Counted from the stretch's first letter, positions 43,868-52,697 are shown. The stretch: 64,000 nt of DNA from an uncultured Desulfovibrionaceae bacterium (GCA_964440345.1 CAYTSA010000008.1:1830-65829); one strand, 5' to 3'. The notes: generated from the sequence alone by a model not told the origin. Program-made: numbers and translations.

Positions 43868-44632
43868 CTATTGTTTTTTACTGCTCTTTACAACGCGGTT
43901 CTGACAACCTGTAAAGTGCAGCAGCAGCCTGGCCACAGTCCACATGGTGAGAGCCGCTGTCTTGGCCACAAGCTTGCCGTCATACCAAAAAGACTGATGT
44001 TCCAGATAGTGTTCATCATGTTCTATGTGGTCGCCAATGGGCAGCGTTCGGTGGGGGCTGAGCTGCCAGGGCCCGGTCACCCCCGGCGTCACGTTCAGCC
44101 GGCGGCGCTGGCGGGGAGAATACTGATCCACCAGAAACTGCATCTCCGGCCGCGGCCCGACCACGCTCATGTGGCCGCGCAGCACATTGTAAAACTGCGG
44201 CAACTCGTCCAAGCCTGTCCTTCGCAGCAGACGGCCCACCCGGGTAACCCTGGGGTCGCAGCTGTCATCTTTGGGCGTTGTCGCATATTTAGGGGCAGTG
44301 ATGAACATGGTTCTGAATTTGTACAGAGTGAAGAGCTTGCCGTTTTTTCCAACGCGTTTCTGAGAAAAAAATACCGGGCCCGGGCTTTCCAGCTTCACCG
44401 CCAGGGCAATAATTAGGCTCACAGGCGCAGAAAACACGATGATTGCGCTGGCAAAGCATAGGTCAAACAGCCTCTTTGCCCGCAGATAGCCCCTGGATTG
44501 ATTCGGAACGCCGCTTGTATTCCCCGCGTTGCAATTCTGGCCGCTGGTCCCGGCTTCGAGTGGCGCGGCCTCCTCGCAAGCCATTGCAGCCTGACGCGAC
44601 GAGGCATTATTCCTGTTTGTCATCTCCCCCAC
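43868..44632 (-). CDS. Polyprenyl-phosphate sugar-phosphate transferase (bacterial sugar transferase, small WbaP/EpsL type)
   Basis: 254 aa with one TM helix. Conserved SQKRVGKNGKLFTLYKFRTM and LRRTGLDELPQFYNVLRGHMSVVGPRP. Confidence 0.85.
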   Translation of the reverse strand: MGEMTNRNNASSRQAAMACEEAAPLEAGTSGQNCNAGNTSGVPNQSRGYLRAKRLFDLCFASAIIVFSAPVSLIIALAVKLESPGPVFFSQKRVGKNGKLFTLYKFRTMFITAPKYATTPKDDSCDPRVTRVGRLLRRTGLDELPQFYNVLRGHMSVVGPRPEMQFLVDQYSPRQRRRLNVTPGVTGPWQLSPHRTLPIGDHIEHDEHYLEHQSFWYDGKLVAKTAALTMWTVARLLLHFTGCQNRVVKSSKKQ

Positions 44633-44815
44633 CCCTTATGGCCAGCTCACTACACTTCTGGGAATGGCGCTTACCAGCAAGTGCAAAGCTCAATAACGAA
44701 AAGACATACGCTGTTAACTGAAGAGGAATTGGTACTACACTCAGAGAAAAAAAACAATGCTGCGGTGAAGTTTATAACTGTCTCGCGCTGGAAAAAAACT
44801 GGGGACACAGTACTC

Positions 44816-45226
44816 CTAAGCACATACATGCAACACAACTGTATTAGCGTCGCCCTCCCGGATGTATTCCATGCGCTCTGTCATTCTGCGGACAAAGAAA
44901 ACCCCCAGCCCGCCAATGCCGCGTTCCTCTACGCCCAGCGACGTGTCCGGCGCAGGGGCTGAGGCAACAGGATCAAAGGATCCGCCCCAGTCTGTAATCC
45001 GCAACACAAAGCACCCCCGGTCGTCCAGACTGCAGGCAACCTCCACCTCCCCTTCAGAATCCGGGTAAGCGTAGCGCATCACATTGACCAGCAGCTCTTC
45101 GAGCACCAGATCAAGCTTGGGTTCCAGGCCCTCGGCTTCTGGAGTCAGCAAAGCAGCCTGCTCCAAGACAAAAGACCGGAATCGCTCTAAATTGTCCAGC
45201 CTGGCCGGCAGGCGCAAGGCAACCAT
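44816..45226 (-). CDS. Anti-sigma-factor-type serine kinase (RsbW/SpoIIAB-like HATPase)
   Basis: 136 aa. N-box EELLVNVMRYA and G-box GIGGLGVFFV. Confidence 0.8.
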   Translation of the reverse strand: MVALRLPARLDNLERFRSFVLEQAALLTPEAEGLEPKLDLVLEELLVNVMRYAYPDSEGEVEVACSLDDRGCFVLRITDWGGSFDPVASAPAPDTSLGVEERGIGGLGVFFVRRMTERMEYIREGDANTVVLHVCA

Positions 45227-45235
45227 AGCCAGGGC

Positions 45236-45568
45236 CTATAGTTTCTGCAGGGCTTCATCCAGACTGTCCGCCATGGGAAACATGGATGCAAAGCCGGAAA
45301 CCTGAAATACTTCTTTGACCATGCCCGAAAGGTTGCAGAAAACCATCTTCCCGCCGGCAGACTTGAGCTTTTTGGCTGTGGCCAGAATGGACCGCAACCC
45401 TGCGCTGGAGATGAACTCCAGCCCAGCCAGGTCCACAACCATGACAGTTTCGCCAGCGTCAATGTGCTTTTGGCACTCATTTTCAAATTCCGGCGCTGTG
45501 ACCGCGTCCATACGGCCAAACACTTGCAACGCCATCGCGGCGTCCCTTTTTTCTGCTTTGAATTCCAT
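45236..45568 (-). CDS. STAS-domain anti-sigma-factor antagonist (SpoIIAA/RsbV-like)
   Basis: 110 aa. Phosphorylatable-serine motif DLAGLEFISSAGLRS. GAGGA 9 nt upstream of the ATG. Confidence 0.85.
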   Translation of the reverse strand: MEFKAEKRDAAMALQVFGRMDAVTAPEFENECQKHIDAGETVMVVDLAGLEFISSAGLRSILATAKKLKSAGGKMVFCNLSGMVKEVFQVSGFASMFPMADSLDEALQKL

Positions 45569-45641
45569 GGCGGGCTATCCTCGTTTAGAGTGTATGATGC
45601 ATCAACCTGAACATGCTGCATGTTGCGTATCGCACGGGGAA

Positions 45642-45670
45642 AATATGCCTCAACCCCGCCAGTTTCGCAA
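45642..45670 (-). promoter_or_regulatory. Candidate sigma-70 promoter for the STAS/kinase pair
   Basis: The minus strand reads TTGCGA-N17-CATATT, about 70 nt upstream of ATG 45568, in the 133-bp gap after the permease gene. Confidence 0.25.
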
Positions 45671-45701
45671 GCGGTTAGCAGGGAAACCGCGTCCACAGTT
45701 T

Positions 45702-46883
45702 TCAAGACCGCAAGGCGTCAATAGGGTTCAGCCGGGCTGCAGACCTGGCCGGATAGAACCCAAAAAACACCCCGACCGCTGCAGACACGCCCACTCCCAA
45801 GCCGATGGCCCAGTACACGACAAAAAAATGCCAGTTAGAGTAGTGAGCTATGACCCAGGAAGCGCCAACCCCCAATGCTATGCCCAGCGCGCCTCCAACC
45901 AGAGAAAGGAGGACGGACTCGATGAGAAACTGTCCTTGTATATCGCTACGCTGAGCGCCCAGCGCCCGGCGGACGCCGATTTCCTTTTTGCGTTCAGTGA
46001 CTGAAACAAGCATGACGTTCATGACTCCCACGCCGCCCACAATGAGCGAGATGGACCCCACCGCGCCCAGCAGCAGGGTGAACATGCGCTGCTGGCTCTC
46101 CATGCGCTGGATCAACTCTTCTGCAGTGCGGACGCTCACCTTCAGATTCTTTTGCCGCGCAGCAAAGAAATCGTGCACTTCCGCCGTGGCCTGAGCTGTT
46201 GCGTAGCCTTTGGCCATGCGGCCCATGACGGCGCCTATGGAGGCGTCGGGGCTCATCCGCAACGCTGTGGCGATATGGGTCATCAGGCCCTCGTTTATCT
46301 CATAGGGGCGCATGCCCCCAGCCGGGGCGTTCTCCAAAACGCCGGCCACAGTAAACAGACGGCCGCTGAACTTCACTTGCGCTCCCACGGGGTTCAAAAG
46401 CCCTTTACCCCGCAGCTTTTCTGCCGCGTTGGCCCCCAGCACGCAATAATACATGCGTTCATCCATGTCGGAAATGATCCGGCCACTGACAACAGCAAGC
46501 TTGTTGATGCTGAAGAACGTTTCAGTCACCCCCAAACCGGGAATGGAGAAACGTTCTCCTTCATACCCCATGTCGCCGTAGATCGTAGTATAGGGCGCCG
46601 TAAGCGCCACAGACGGACATGCGGCCGGAATATCCAACGCGTTGTCCAGGCTGATAGAGGTTTTACCAGCCCCGTCTCCGCCGTAGTCTTTGCGGATGAG
46701 CATAATGTCCGTGCCCATTTCCACAAACTGCCGCAACACCTCTGCCTGGACGATGGAGCCTACAGACACCATGGCAATGACAGAGCCAATGCCGATGATG
46801 ATGCCGATGAGCGCCAGTATGGTCCGCTGTTTGGCGGACAAAAGCGATTGCGCCGCCTCGCGCAGATTTTCCCGCAATTGCAT
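45702..46883 (-). CDS. ABC transporter permease, MacB/FtsX type (stand-alone)
   Basis: 393 aa. One N-terminal TM helix, a large periplasmic domain, then three C-terminal TM helices (FtsX fold). N-terminus REAAQSLLSAKQRTILALIGIIIGIGSV. Confidence 0.85.
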   Translation of the reverse strand: MQLRENLREAAQSLLSAKQRTILALIGIIIGIGSVIAMVSVGSIVQAEVLRQFVEMGTDIMLIRKDYGGDGAGKTSISLDNALDIPAACPSVALTAPYTTIYGDMGYEGERFSIPGLGVTETFFSINKLAVVSGRIISDMDERMYYCVLGANAAEKLRGKGLLNPVGAQVKFSGRLFTVAGVLENAPAGGMRPYEINEGLMTHIATALRMSPDASIGAVMGRMAKGYATAQATAEVHDFFAARQKNLKVSVRTAEELIQRMESQQRMFTLLLGAVGSISLIVGGVGVMNVMLVSVTERKKEIGVRRALGAQRSDIQGQFLIESVLLSLVGGALGIALGVGASWVIAHYSNWHFFVVYWAIGLGVGVSAAVGVFFGFYPARSAARLNPIDALRS

Positions 46884-46910
46884 AGTTCTTCAGATTCCCT
46901 TGGCGACCCT

Positions 46911-47627
46911 TTACGCCGCAAAAATCACGCCGTCCTTCATGCGCACAGAGCGCGTGCACTGCCCGGCTATGCTTGGGTCGTGCGTTATGATGAGTATGGC
47001 GACGCCTTCGGCGTTCAGCTCCAGAAACAAATCCATGACGCCCTGCCCAACCACCGTATCCAGGGCGCCCGTAGGCTCGTCAGCCAATATCAGCGAAGGG
47101 TCGCCGCACAGAGCCCGGGCAATGGCCACCCGCTGCTGCTGCCCGCCGGAAAGCTCTGCAGGCTTGTGCTCCATTCTCTCAGCCATGCCCACGCGCTCCA
47201 GCCTGGCCACTGCCCTCTCTTTGCGCTCCTTTTCCGACGCGCCGCGATAAACCAGAGGCAAACAGACATTCTGCAGAGCTGTGAGTTTGGGCAACAGATG
47301 GAACTGTTGGAAGACGAAGCCAATTTTGCGGTTGCGTATGGAGGAAAGCTGCTTGTCGGTCAGGGACGAGGCGTCCTGGCCTTCAAAGCGGTACTCGCCG
47401 GCCGACGGAGTGTCCAGAAAACCGATGATGTTCATGAGCGTGGACTTGCCGCAGCCGGAAGACCCCACTATGGAGGTCAACTCCCGCGGCTGCATGGCAA
47501 AATCGACGCCCTTCAGAACTTCCAGGGGCACTGGCCCCAGCTGAAATGACTTGCGAATGGCGCGCAGCTCTAGAAGCGGGACGGCCGCAGCACTACTCGC
47601 CGCCACATCCAACACCGGCTGCATCAC
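46911..47627 (-). CDS. ABC transporter ATP-binding protein (MacB/LolD type)
   Basis: 238 aa. Walker A GSSGCGKST, signature LSGGQQQRVAIARAL, Walker B ILADEPTGALD. ATGA overlap with the adaptor gene. Confidence 0.9.
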   Translation of the reverse strand: MMQPVLDVAASSAAAVPLLELRAIRKSFQLGPVPLEVLKGVDFAMQPRELTSIVGSSGCGKSTLMNIIGFLDTPSAGEYRFEGQDASSLTDKQLSSIRNRKIGFVFQQFHLLPKLTALQNVCLPLVYRGASEKERKERAVARLERVGMAERMEHKPAELSGGQQQRVAIARALCGDPSLILADEPTGALDTVVGQGVMDLFLELNAEGVAILIITHDPSIAGQCTRSVRMKDGVIFAA

Positions 47628-49384
47628 GGCAGCACCACCGTATCCCCCGGCTGCAGGCCCTGCGTGATTTCTACGGAGTTCAAGGTGGTCAGGCCGGTCT
47701 GCACCGGCACAAGCACAGGCTCTCCGTCCTTGAGCACTGTGACCGTCCGGCTGTCAGAACCGCGCCCCACTGCAAAGATGGGCACAAGCAGAGCTTGGGG
47801 ATTCTCATAGACTTTCACCTCCAGGTTGGCGGACATGCCAATGCGTACTATGGCCCGTTCTTTCTCCGTGAGGGAGGACACCTGCACCACTACTTCAAAG
47901 GTGGCTACCCCGCCGGAGCCTTTATCAGCCTGGGAGGATATGTGGGCAATTTCCCCGTTCAGCTCCACATCCGGAAATGCGTCGCCAAACACTCGAACCT
48001 CTTGCCCAATGCTAAGATTGCCGATGTCCACCTCATCCACCTGGGCCTTCACCACCAGTCCGGACAAGTCGCCTATGCCCAGGAGAATCTGCCCTTCCGA
48101 GACTTTTACGCCCTGCTCTATCTGCTGCTGCTTGTTGTCCTTGCCGGTTTCCGCCGGCTTGACCACAATGCCGGCCAATGGCGCCGCAATAACGCTGGCA
48201 TTACGCTTCTGCTCCAGCTCCTGCAGCTCGAACTGGGAGTTCTCCAGCTCCAAGTGTGCTATGCGGACATTTTCTGCGCTGCCTTGTTGGAGTGTAGAGT
48301 CCAGCTCCTCCTTGGCGGCTTTGAAGTCCAGCTCGGCGTTATCCAGGCTTTGCTGTGCAGAGTCCAGATCATTTTTGGGAACTATGCCTTTGCCGTATAG
48401 CAACTTGTTTTCTTCGAGCTTGCGGCGGGCGGCGTCCAAGGTGCTCTGAGCCTTGGTGTAAGACCGCCGGGCCCGAGAAACTTCGTTGCTTTGAGTCCAG
48501 TTGACTATCTGCTGATACTTTTGCTTGGCCTGGATGAATGTTGTCCGGGCCTTGCGCAGCTTGACCTCCAGCTTTGCGGGGTCCAGCTCCAGCAACACAT
48601 CTCCCTTATTAACGATTTGCCCGTAGTAAAAGTTCGTTTCCTTAACCCGGCCTTCATACGGAGCCGCCAGATGCACCTGCCGCAAAGGCTCAAGTTCGCC
48701 GGTCAGTGAAATGGAATTGGAGACTGGCCGGGGTTCAATGCGCAGAGTATTAAGGTGCTGCGCATGTTGGCCAGAGCGTTTACCCTCTGCATCCTTCACC
48801 AGGCTGGCCAGGGCGCCTGTGGCTGGGGACCATTGCCAGTAGCCCAAGCCTCCCACCAGGCCGATGATAAACAACGTAGCCAGAACACGCACCACCTGGA
48901 CTTTTTTCAGGGCAGAGCGCAAACTTTGGTTGGTCTCCTCCAGCTTGCGGTAACTTTCCGCCAGCTGGCGGTTCAGCTCTTGCTGGGCTTCCTGCAGCTG
49001 CTGCAGTTGGGTAACGTCGCTGAACACAACGATAACGCCGCTGTTGGCTTCTTCACTGTCCTCAGATGCGTCTTTAAGAAAGGAGGACGTCACAGACAAG
49101 TTTAGTTTTGTCCCGTCCTGGCGGGTATACTCCACCACGCTTTGGCTTCCCACGCCAGTCTGATACACCGCGTCAAGGACTGCCTGATTGAAGCCGTCGT
49201 TGCCCTCCATTTCCATCATGAACACTTCGGCAAACCGCCGGCCCAGCACCCGCTCCGGCGCCAAGCCCAAGATGCGGGCTGCGGCATGGTTGAACATGAT
49301 GACTGCGCCGGAAAAATCCAGAGTCATGACGCCTTCATTCATGTTCTGCAATATATTGGTATGGAAGGAGGACTCGTCCTGCAT
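47624..49384 (-). CDS. HlyD-family periplasmic adaptor (membrane fusion protein) with N-terminal cytoplasmic PAS domain
   Basis: 586 aa. Residues ~8-120 are PAS-like (ILQNMNEGVMTLDFSGAVIMFNHAAARILG...VVFSDVTQLQ). TM helix VLATLFIIGLVGGLGYWQW. The rest has lipoyl/coiled-coil/beta-barrel MFP architecture (VNKGDVLLELD, IAAPLAGIV). Confidence 0.8.
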   Translation of the reverse strand: MQDESSFHTNILQNMNEGVMTLDFSGAVIMFNHAAARILGLAPERVLGRRFAEVFMMEMEGNDGFNQAVLDAVYQTGVGSQSVVEYTRQDGTKLNLSVTSSFLKDASEDSEEANSGVIVVFSDVTQLQQLQEAQQELNRQLAESYRKLEETNQSLRSALKKVQVVRVLATLFIIGLVGGLGYWQWSPATGALASLVKDAEGKRSGQHAQHLNTLRIEPRPVSNSISLTGELEPLRQVHLAAPYEGRVKETNFYYGQIVNKGDVLLELDPAKLEVKLRKARTTFIQAKQKYQQIVNWTQSNEVSRARRSYTKAQSTLDAARRKLEENKLLYGKGIVPKNDLDSAQQSLDNAELDFKAAKEELDSTLQQGSAENVRIAHLELENSQFELQELEQKRNASVIAAPLAGIVVKPAETGKDNKQQQIEQGVKVSEGQILLGIGDLSGLVVKAQVDEVDIGNLSIGQEVRVFGDAFPDVELNGEIAHISSQADKGSGGVATFEVVVQVSSLTEKERAIVRIGMSANLEVKVYENPQALLVPIFAVGRGSDSRTVTVLKDGEPVLVPVQTGLTTLNSVEITQGLQPGDTVVLP

Positions 49385-49387
49385 GCG

Positions 49388-51058
49388 CTACTCGTTTTGC
49401 TCGCCTGTTCCGCCAGCGCTGGTTTGTGGTTGCGTAAACGTCTGCAGTTGTCTGTTCACGTCATCCATGGTTTCCCGGGTTTCGCGAAATTCTATGGACC
49501 ATGTTTCCAGGGTCACGCCCATGGTTTGGTTCAAGTTGGTCACGGCGTTGCGGTAGTTGATCATAGACTGCAAAGCCGTGGTCTGGGAAGAGACCAGGTC
49601 GTTCTCAAAGCTGACCACCTGAAAGTTCGTGGACCGTCCCAGCCGCAGTTTTTCCTTTTCTATTTCCAGCTTGCGTTTGGCAAGCTCCAAAGCCTGCTTG
49701 GAAAACTGCAACTGCCGCGACTGGGCGTGAACCTCCCGCACGGCGTCGCGCACCTCCACCCGAAGGTTGGCCTCCAGCTCTTTCAAGTTCACCTGGGCGT
49801 TGCGCAGGGCCACCTTGGCGGAGACAAGCTGCTGGCGCCGGCTAAGGTCGCCGTATAAAGGCGCCGCAAGACGCAACCCCAGCCCCCAAGTAGACGCGTC
49901 CGAATCCGAGCCCGGGTCTACGTCGGAGAAATTGCGGGCGTAGGTGGACTCAAGGTCCAGCGTTATAAGCATATTGTTCTCAGCCAGCACGAGGTTTATC
50001 TGCGCCTGAGTGAGCCCAATCAGAGCCTGCAAGTAGTCAGTCCGGTTGGCCAGAGCCACGGCCAGGACCTCGTCAAACGCAGGGTCCACAGTCTCCAGGG
50101 GGTCCTCTTCCACAGTGGCGAGGGGCGTATCTTCGTCTATGTCCAGCACCTGGATAAGCCGCAGCCGGGCGCTGACCACAGAATTTAAAGACTCTTCATA
50201 GGAGAATTCTCTGTTGGCGATGTCCGCTTGGGTCTGGACAATTTCCATGGGCGCCATGCGGCCGGCCTGGATAAGCAGCTTGTTGACTTCCAACTGCTTT
50301 TTAGAACGCTCAAGCGAGGTCTTGCTGATGTCCACCTGCCAGCGGGCCTGCTGGTAGCTGCGGTAGGCGCTGATTATGGAGTTGACGGTGGAGACAAGCG
50401 TGGCTTTCAGGCCAAGGACGTTGGATTCTTCTGAGAGCCGCGCCTTACGCAAACTGGCGGTGGCGACGCCGTACCCTGCGTTTTTCAGCAGCGGCTGGGT
50501 GAAACTGAAGTTCCATCCCCATTTTTCCGTATCAGTGCGGTCGCTCCCTTTGGTCTTGCGGCTGGAGTAGCCAGAATTTAGCGACAGGCTCAAGGAGCCG
50601 CCAATGGCGGTCTTTTCCGAAAGCACAAACGACCAGTCCATGGCGTTTGTTTCGCTCCAGCTCTTGGAAGAAGGTGAAGTGTACGAAGATTCCGAGCCGC
50701 TGGTATTGAGATTGCCCTTCACGTCCAGATTGGGGACAAATTCATCTTCCGCCACTTTCAAACTGAATTTCTGGACGATGCGGCTCAGATAGGCGCCGGT
50801 GACGGAACGGTTGTGGCGCAGGCCAACAGCAATGGCCTCCTGCAGCGTCATGGGCACGGTGTTGAGGGTGTGCTCGTCGCTTTGCACCGCAGCTACTGCA
50901 GCAGACTCCACCGGATATCCGGACGCCTGGTCTGCGTTGGCCGGGGCGGCCGCATTTGCGCTGGCGGCCTCAGCTGTACACATGCTCCCCGGGGAGCAGA
51001 TTACCGCCAAAAAAAAATAACAGGCGCAGCAGAAGAGTATGCGTTGCAAACGAACCAT
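49388..51058 (-). CDS. TolC-family outer membrane efflux protein
   Basis: Two OEP repeats with coiled-coil segments. Signal peptide from ATG 51058 (MVRLQRILFCCACYFFLAVICSPG). The ORF track extends to 51109. Confidence 0.85.
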   Translation of the reverse strand: MVRLQRILFCCACYFFLAVICSPGSMCTAEAASANAAAPANADQASGYPVESAAVAAVQSDEHTLNTVPMTLQEAIAVGLRHNRSVTGAYLSRIVQKFSLKVAEDEFVPNLDVKGNLNTSGSESSYTSPSSKSWSETNAMDWSFVLSEKTAIGGSLSLSLNSGYSSRKTKGSDRTDTEKWGWNFSFTQPLLKNAGYGVATASLRKARLSEESNVLGLKATLVSTVNSIISAYRSYQQARWQVDISKTSLERSKKQLEVNKLLIQAGRMAPMEIVQTQADIANREFSYEESLNSVVSARLRLIQVLDIDEDTPLATVEEDPLETVDPAFDEVLAVALANRTDYLQALIGLTQAQINLVLAENNMLITLDLESTYARNFSDVDPGSDSDASTWGLGLRLAAPLYGDLSRRQQLVSAKVALRNAQVNLKELEANLRVEVRDAVREVHAQSRQLQFSKQALELAKRKLEIEKEKLRLGRSTNFQVVSFENDLVSSQTTALQSMINYRNAVTNLNQTMGVTLETWSIEFRETRETMDDVNRQLQTFTQPQTSAGGTGEQNE

Positions 51059-51166
51059 GACGCCGCCTTGGACTGATAGTGTAAAGGTCCAAAACGCAAA
51101 ATACCTCATTGCCTCAATGTTTGCAACATGTTGCTAAACTTACTGCGCGTACCGGACAACGAGGCG

Positions 51167-51344
51167 AGGGTCTGGCTCTACATAACTTTTGTTGCGAGTT
51201 TGAGGAATAATTGCAGCAGGCAAGGCTGAAGCGAAAAATGGCTTGCAGGCGTAGCAGCGCTACGTCAAAAGTCATTTTTTTCTGAAAACGCAGTATGATG
51301 CAATTATAACCAAACGCAGCAGCCAGGTATTTAGAGACAGGCCC
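51167..51344 (+). repeat. Repeat family A copy 2
   Basis: See 24295-24472. The 3' terminus ...gacaggccCTA abuts and shares the TAG stop of the minus-strand lipoprotein gene. Confidence 0.85.
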
Positions 51345-51835
51345 TAGCTCTTGTGGTCCACGATCTCCCACGTGCCGTCCGGCCGGCGGCAGGCTGTGCC
51401 TGTGGCGGTTTCCTGCTTGCTGTCTATCCATATTTTCTGCGTGTATTCGCGGCAATACCTGCCGCTTTCCGGCTGGTACGTCCGGGTTGGCGTCACGGCG
51501 TATTCAGCTCCAGTGTCAGGATTGCGCCACCTGTCGGTTTGGCCTGTCTTGTTGTATTCTAGAGTTTTGTTCATTTCCAGCCGGTCGGCCTCGTCCATGC
51601 GCGAGCCGATGTAGCTGCCAGCCGCTGCGCCTACCAGCACGCCGGCAATGGTGGCGGCTGTCTTGCCGGAGCCGGAACCGAACTGCGAACCGACGACGCC
51701 GCCGGCTATGCCGCCCAGCAACCCGCCTACCTGCTGCTGGTTGACGCCCCCGTTTTTGGAACATCCCGGCGCGGCGGCGAAAACGCTGATCAAGACAACT
51801 ATCAAGAGCAACGACCTGACGTGTGTACACTTCAT
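51344..51835 (-). CDS. Glycine-zipper (17-kDa surface antigen-type) outer-membrane lipoprotein
   Basis: 163 aa from ATG 51835. Lipobox AAPGC. Glycine zipper GGLLGGIAGGVVGSQFGSGSG...GVLVGAAAGSYIG. The C-terminal ~80-aa domain contains two Cys residues. Confidence 0.7.
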   Translation of the reverse strand: MKCTHVRSLLLIVVLISVFAAAPGCSKNGGVNQQQVGGLLGGIAGGVVGSQFGSGSGKTAATIAGVLVGAAAGSYIGSRMDEADRLEMNKTLEYNKTGQTDRWRNPDTGAEYAVTPTRTYQPESGRYCREYTQKIWIDSKQETATGTACRRPDGTWEIVDHKS

Positions 51836-52014
51836 ACTGATTCCTCCAACTGTTTTCTTGACTATAGTATACTTTGGAGAGCTAACAGGGTCAAAGTCTC
51901 CGGGAAAAATATTGATAGAAAATGCTGGACAACACCCTCTTCGCACATAGTACATAGGCAAAGCACAACCTGTTTCGCATTGCAGGTTTCGTATACCATA
52001 GAAGGAGATTGTGT

Positions 52015-52611
52015 ATGGCTCGCTACACAGGCGTCAACCACCTGGCCATGATCACTGCAGACATGGACGCAACCATCCGCTTCTGGCGGGACCTTTTGGG
52101 CATGCCTTTAACGGCCGGCATGGGCCGGCCAGGAAGCAGACACTACTTTTTCAAAATATCAGCGCACGACATGATCGCGTTCTTCGAATGGGACGGAGTG
52201 GAACCGGCGCTGGAAAAGGAGCACGGAGCGCCGGTCAAGGGACCAGCCATTTTTGATCATGTGTCCTTTGGCGTGGAGAGCGATGATGATTTGTGGGAAC
52301 TCAAAGACAAGCTGGAAGCCGCCGGATTTTGGGCCTCGGAACTCGTCAACCACGGTTTCATCCATTCTTTGTACGCCTTTGACCCGAACGGGATTCCCAT
52401 TGAATTCAGCGCCTGCACGCCTGACGTAGACTTGAGCAAGACCCCGCGCATGACGGACCGGGAGCCCTGCCCGTGCGCCATGGAGGGGCCCTTGCCCCAA
52501 CCAGGCAAATGGCCGCCGGTACATGAGCCCACGCCCGAGGAAGATAAACAGATATATCCTGGGGAAGGGGAGGATTTTTTACACAAGGCGAAAAACAAAT
52601 GGAGCGAATGA
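52015..52611 (+). CDS. VOC (glyoxalase/bleomycin-resistance/dioxygenase) family protein
   Basis: 198 aa from ATG 52015, with AGGAG 7 nt upstream. VNHLAMITADMDATIRFWRDLLGM and FDHVSFGVES are typical VOC modules. Confidence 0.8.
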   Translation: MARYTGVNHLAMITADMDATIRFWRDLLGMPLTAGMGRPGSRHYFFKISAHDMIAFFEWDGVEPALEKEHGAPVKGPAIFDHVSFGVESDDDLWELKDKLEAAGFWASELVNHGFIHSLYAFDPNGIPIEFSACTPDVDLSKTPRMTDREPCPCAMEGPLPQPGKWPPVHEPTPEEDKQIYPGEGEDFLHKAKNKWSE

Positions 52612-52697
52612 CCAGAGCCACACTGTGTCTGGGCCTGCTGCCCTGGCCTGCCGCGGCTGGACAACAACCCTGACTGGCGTCAGCCTGCTTCCCCTTT

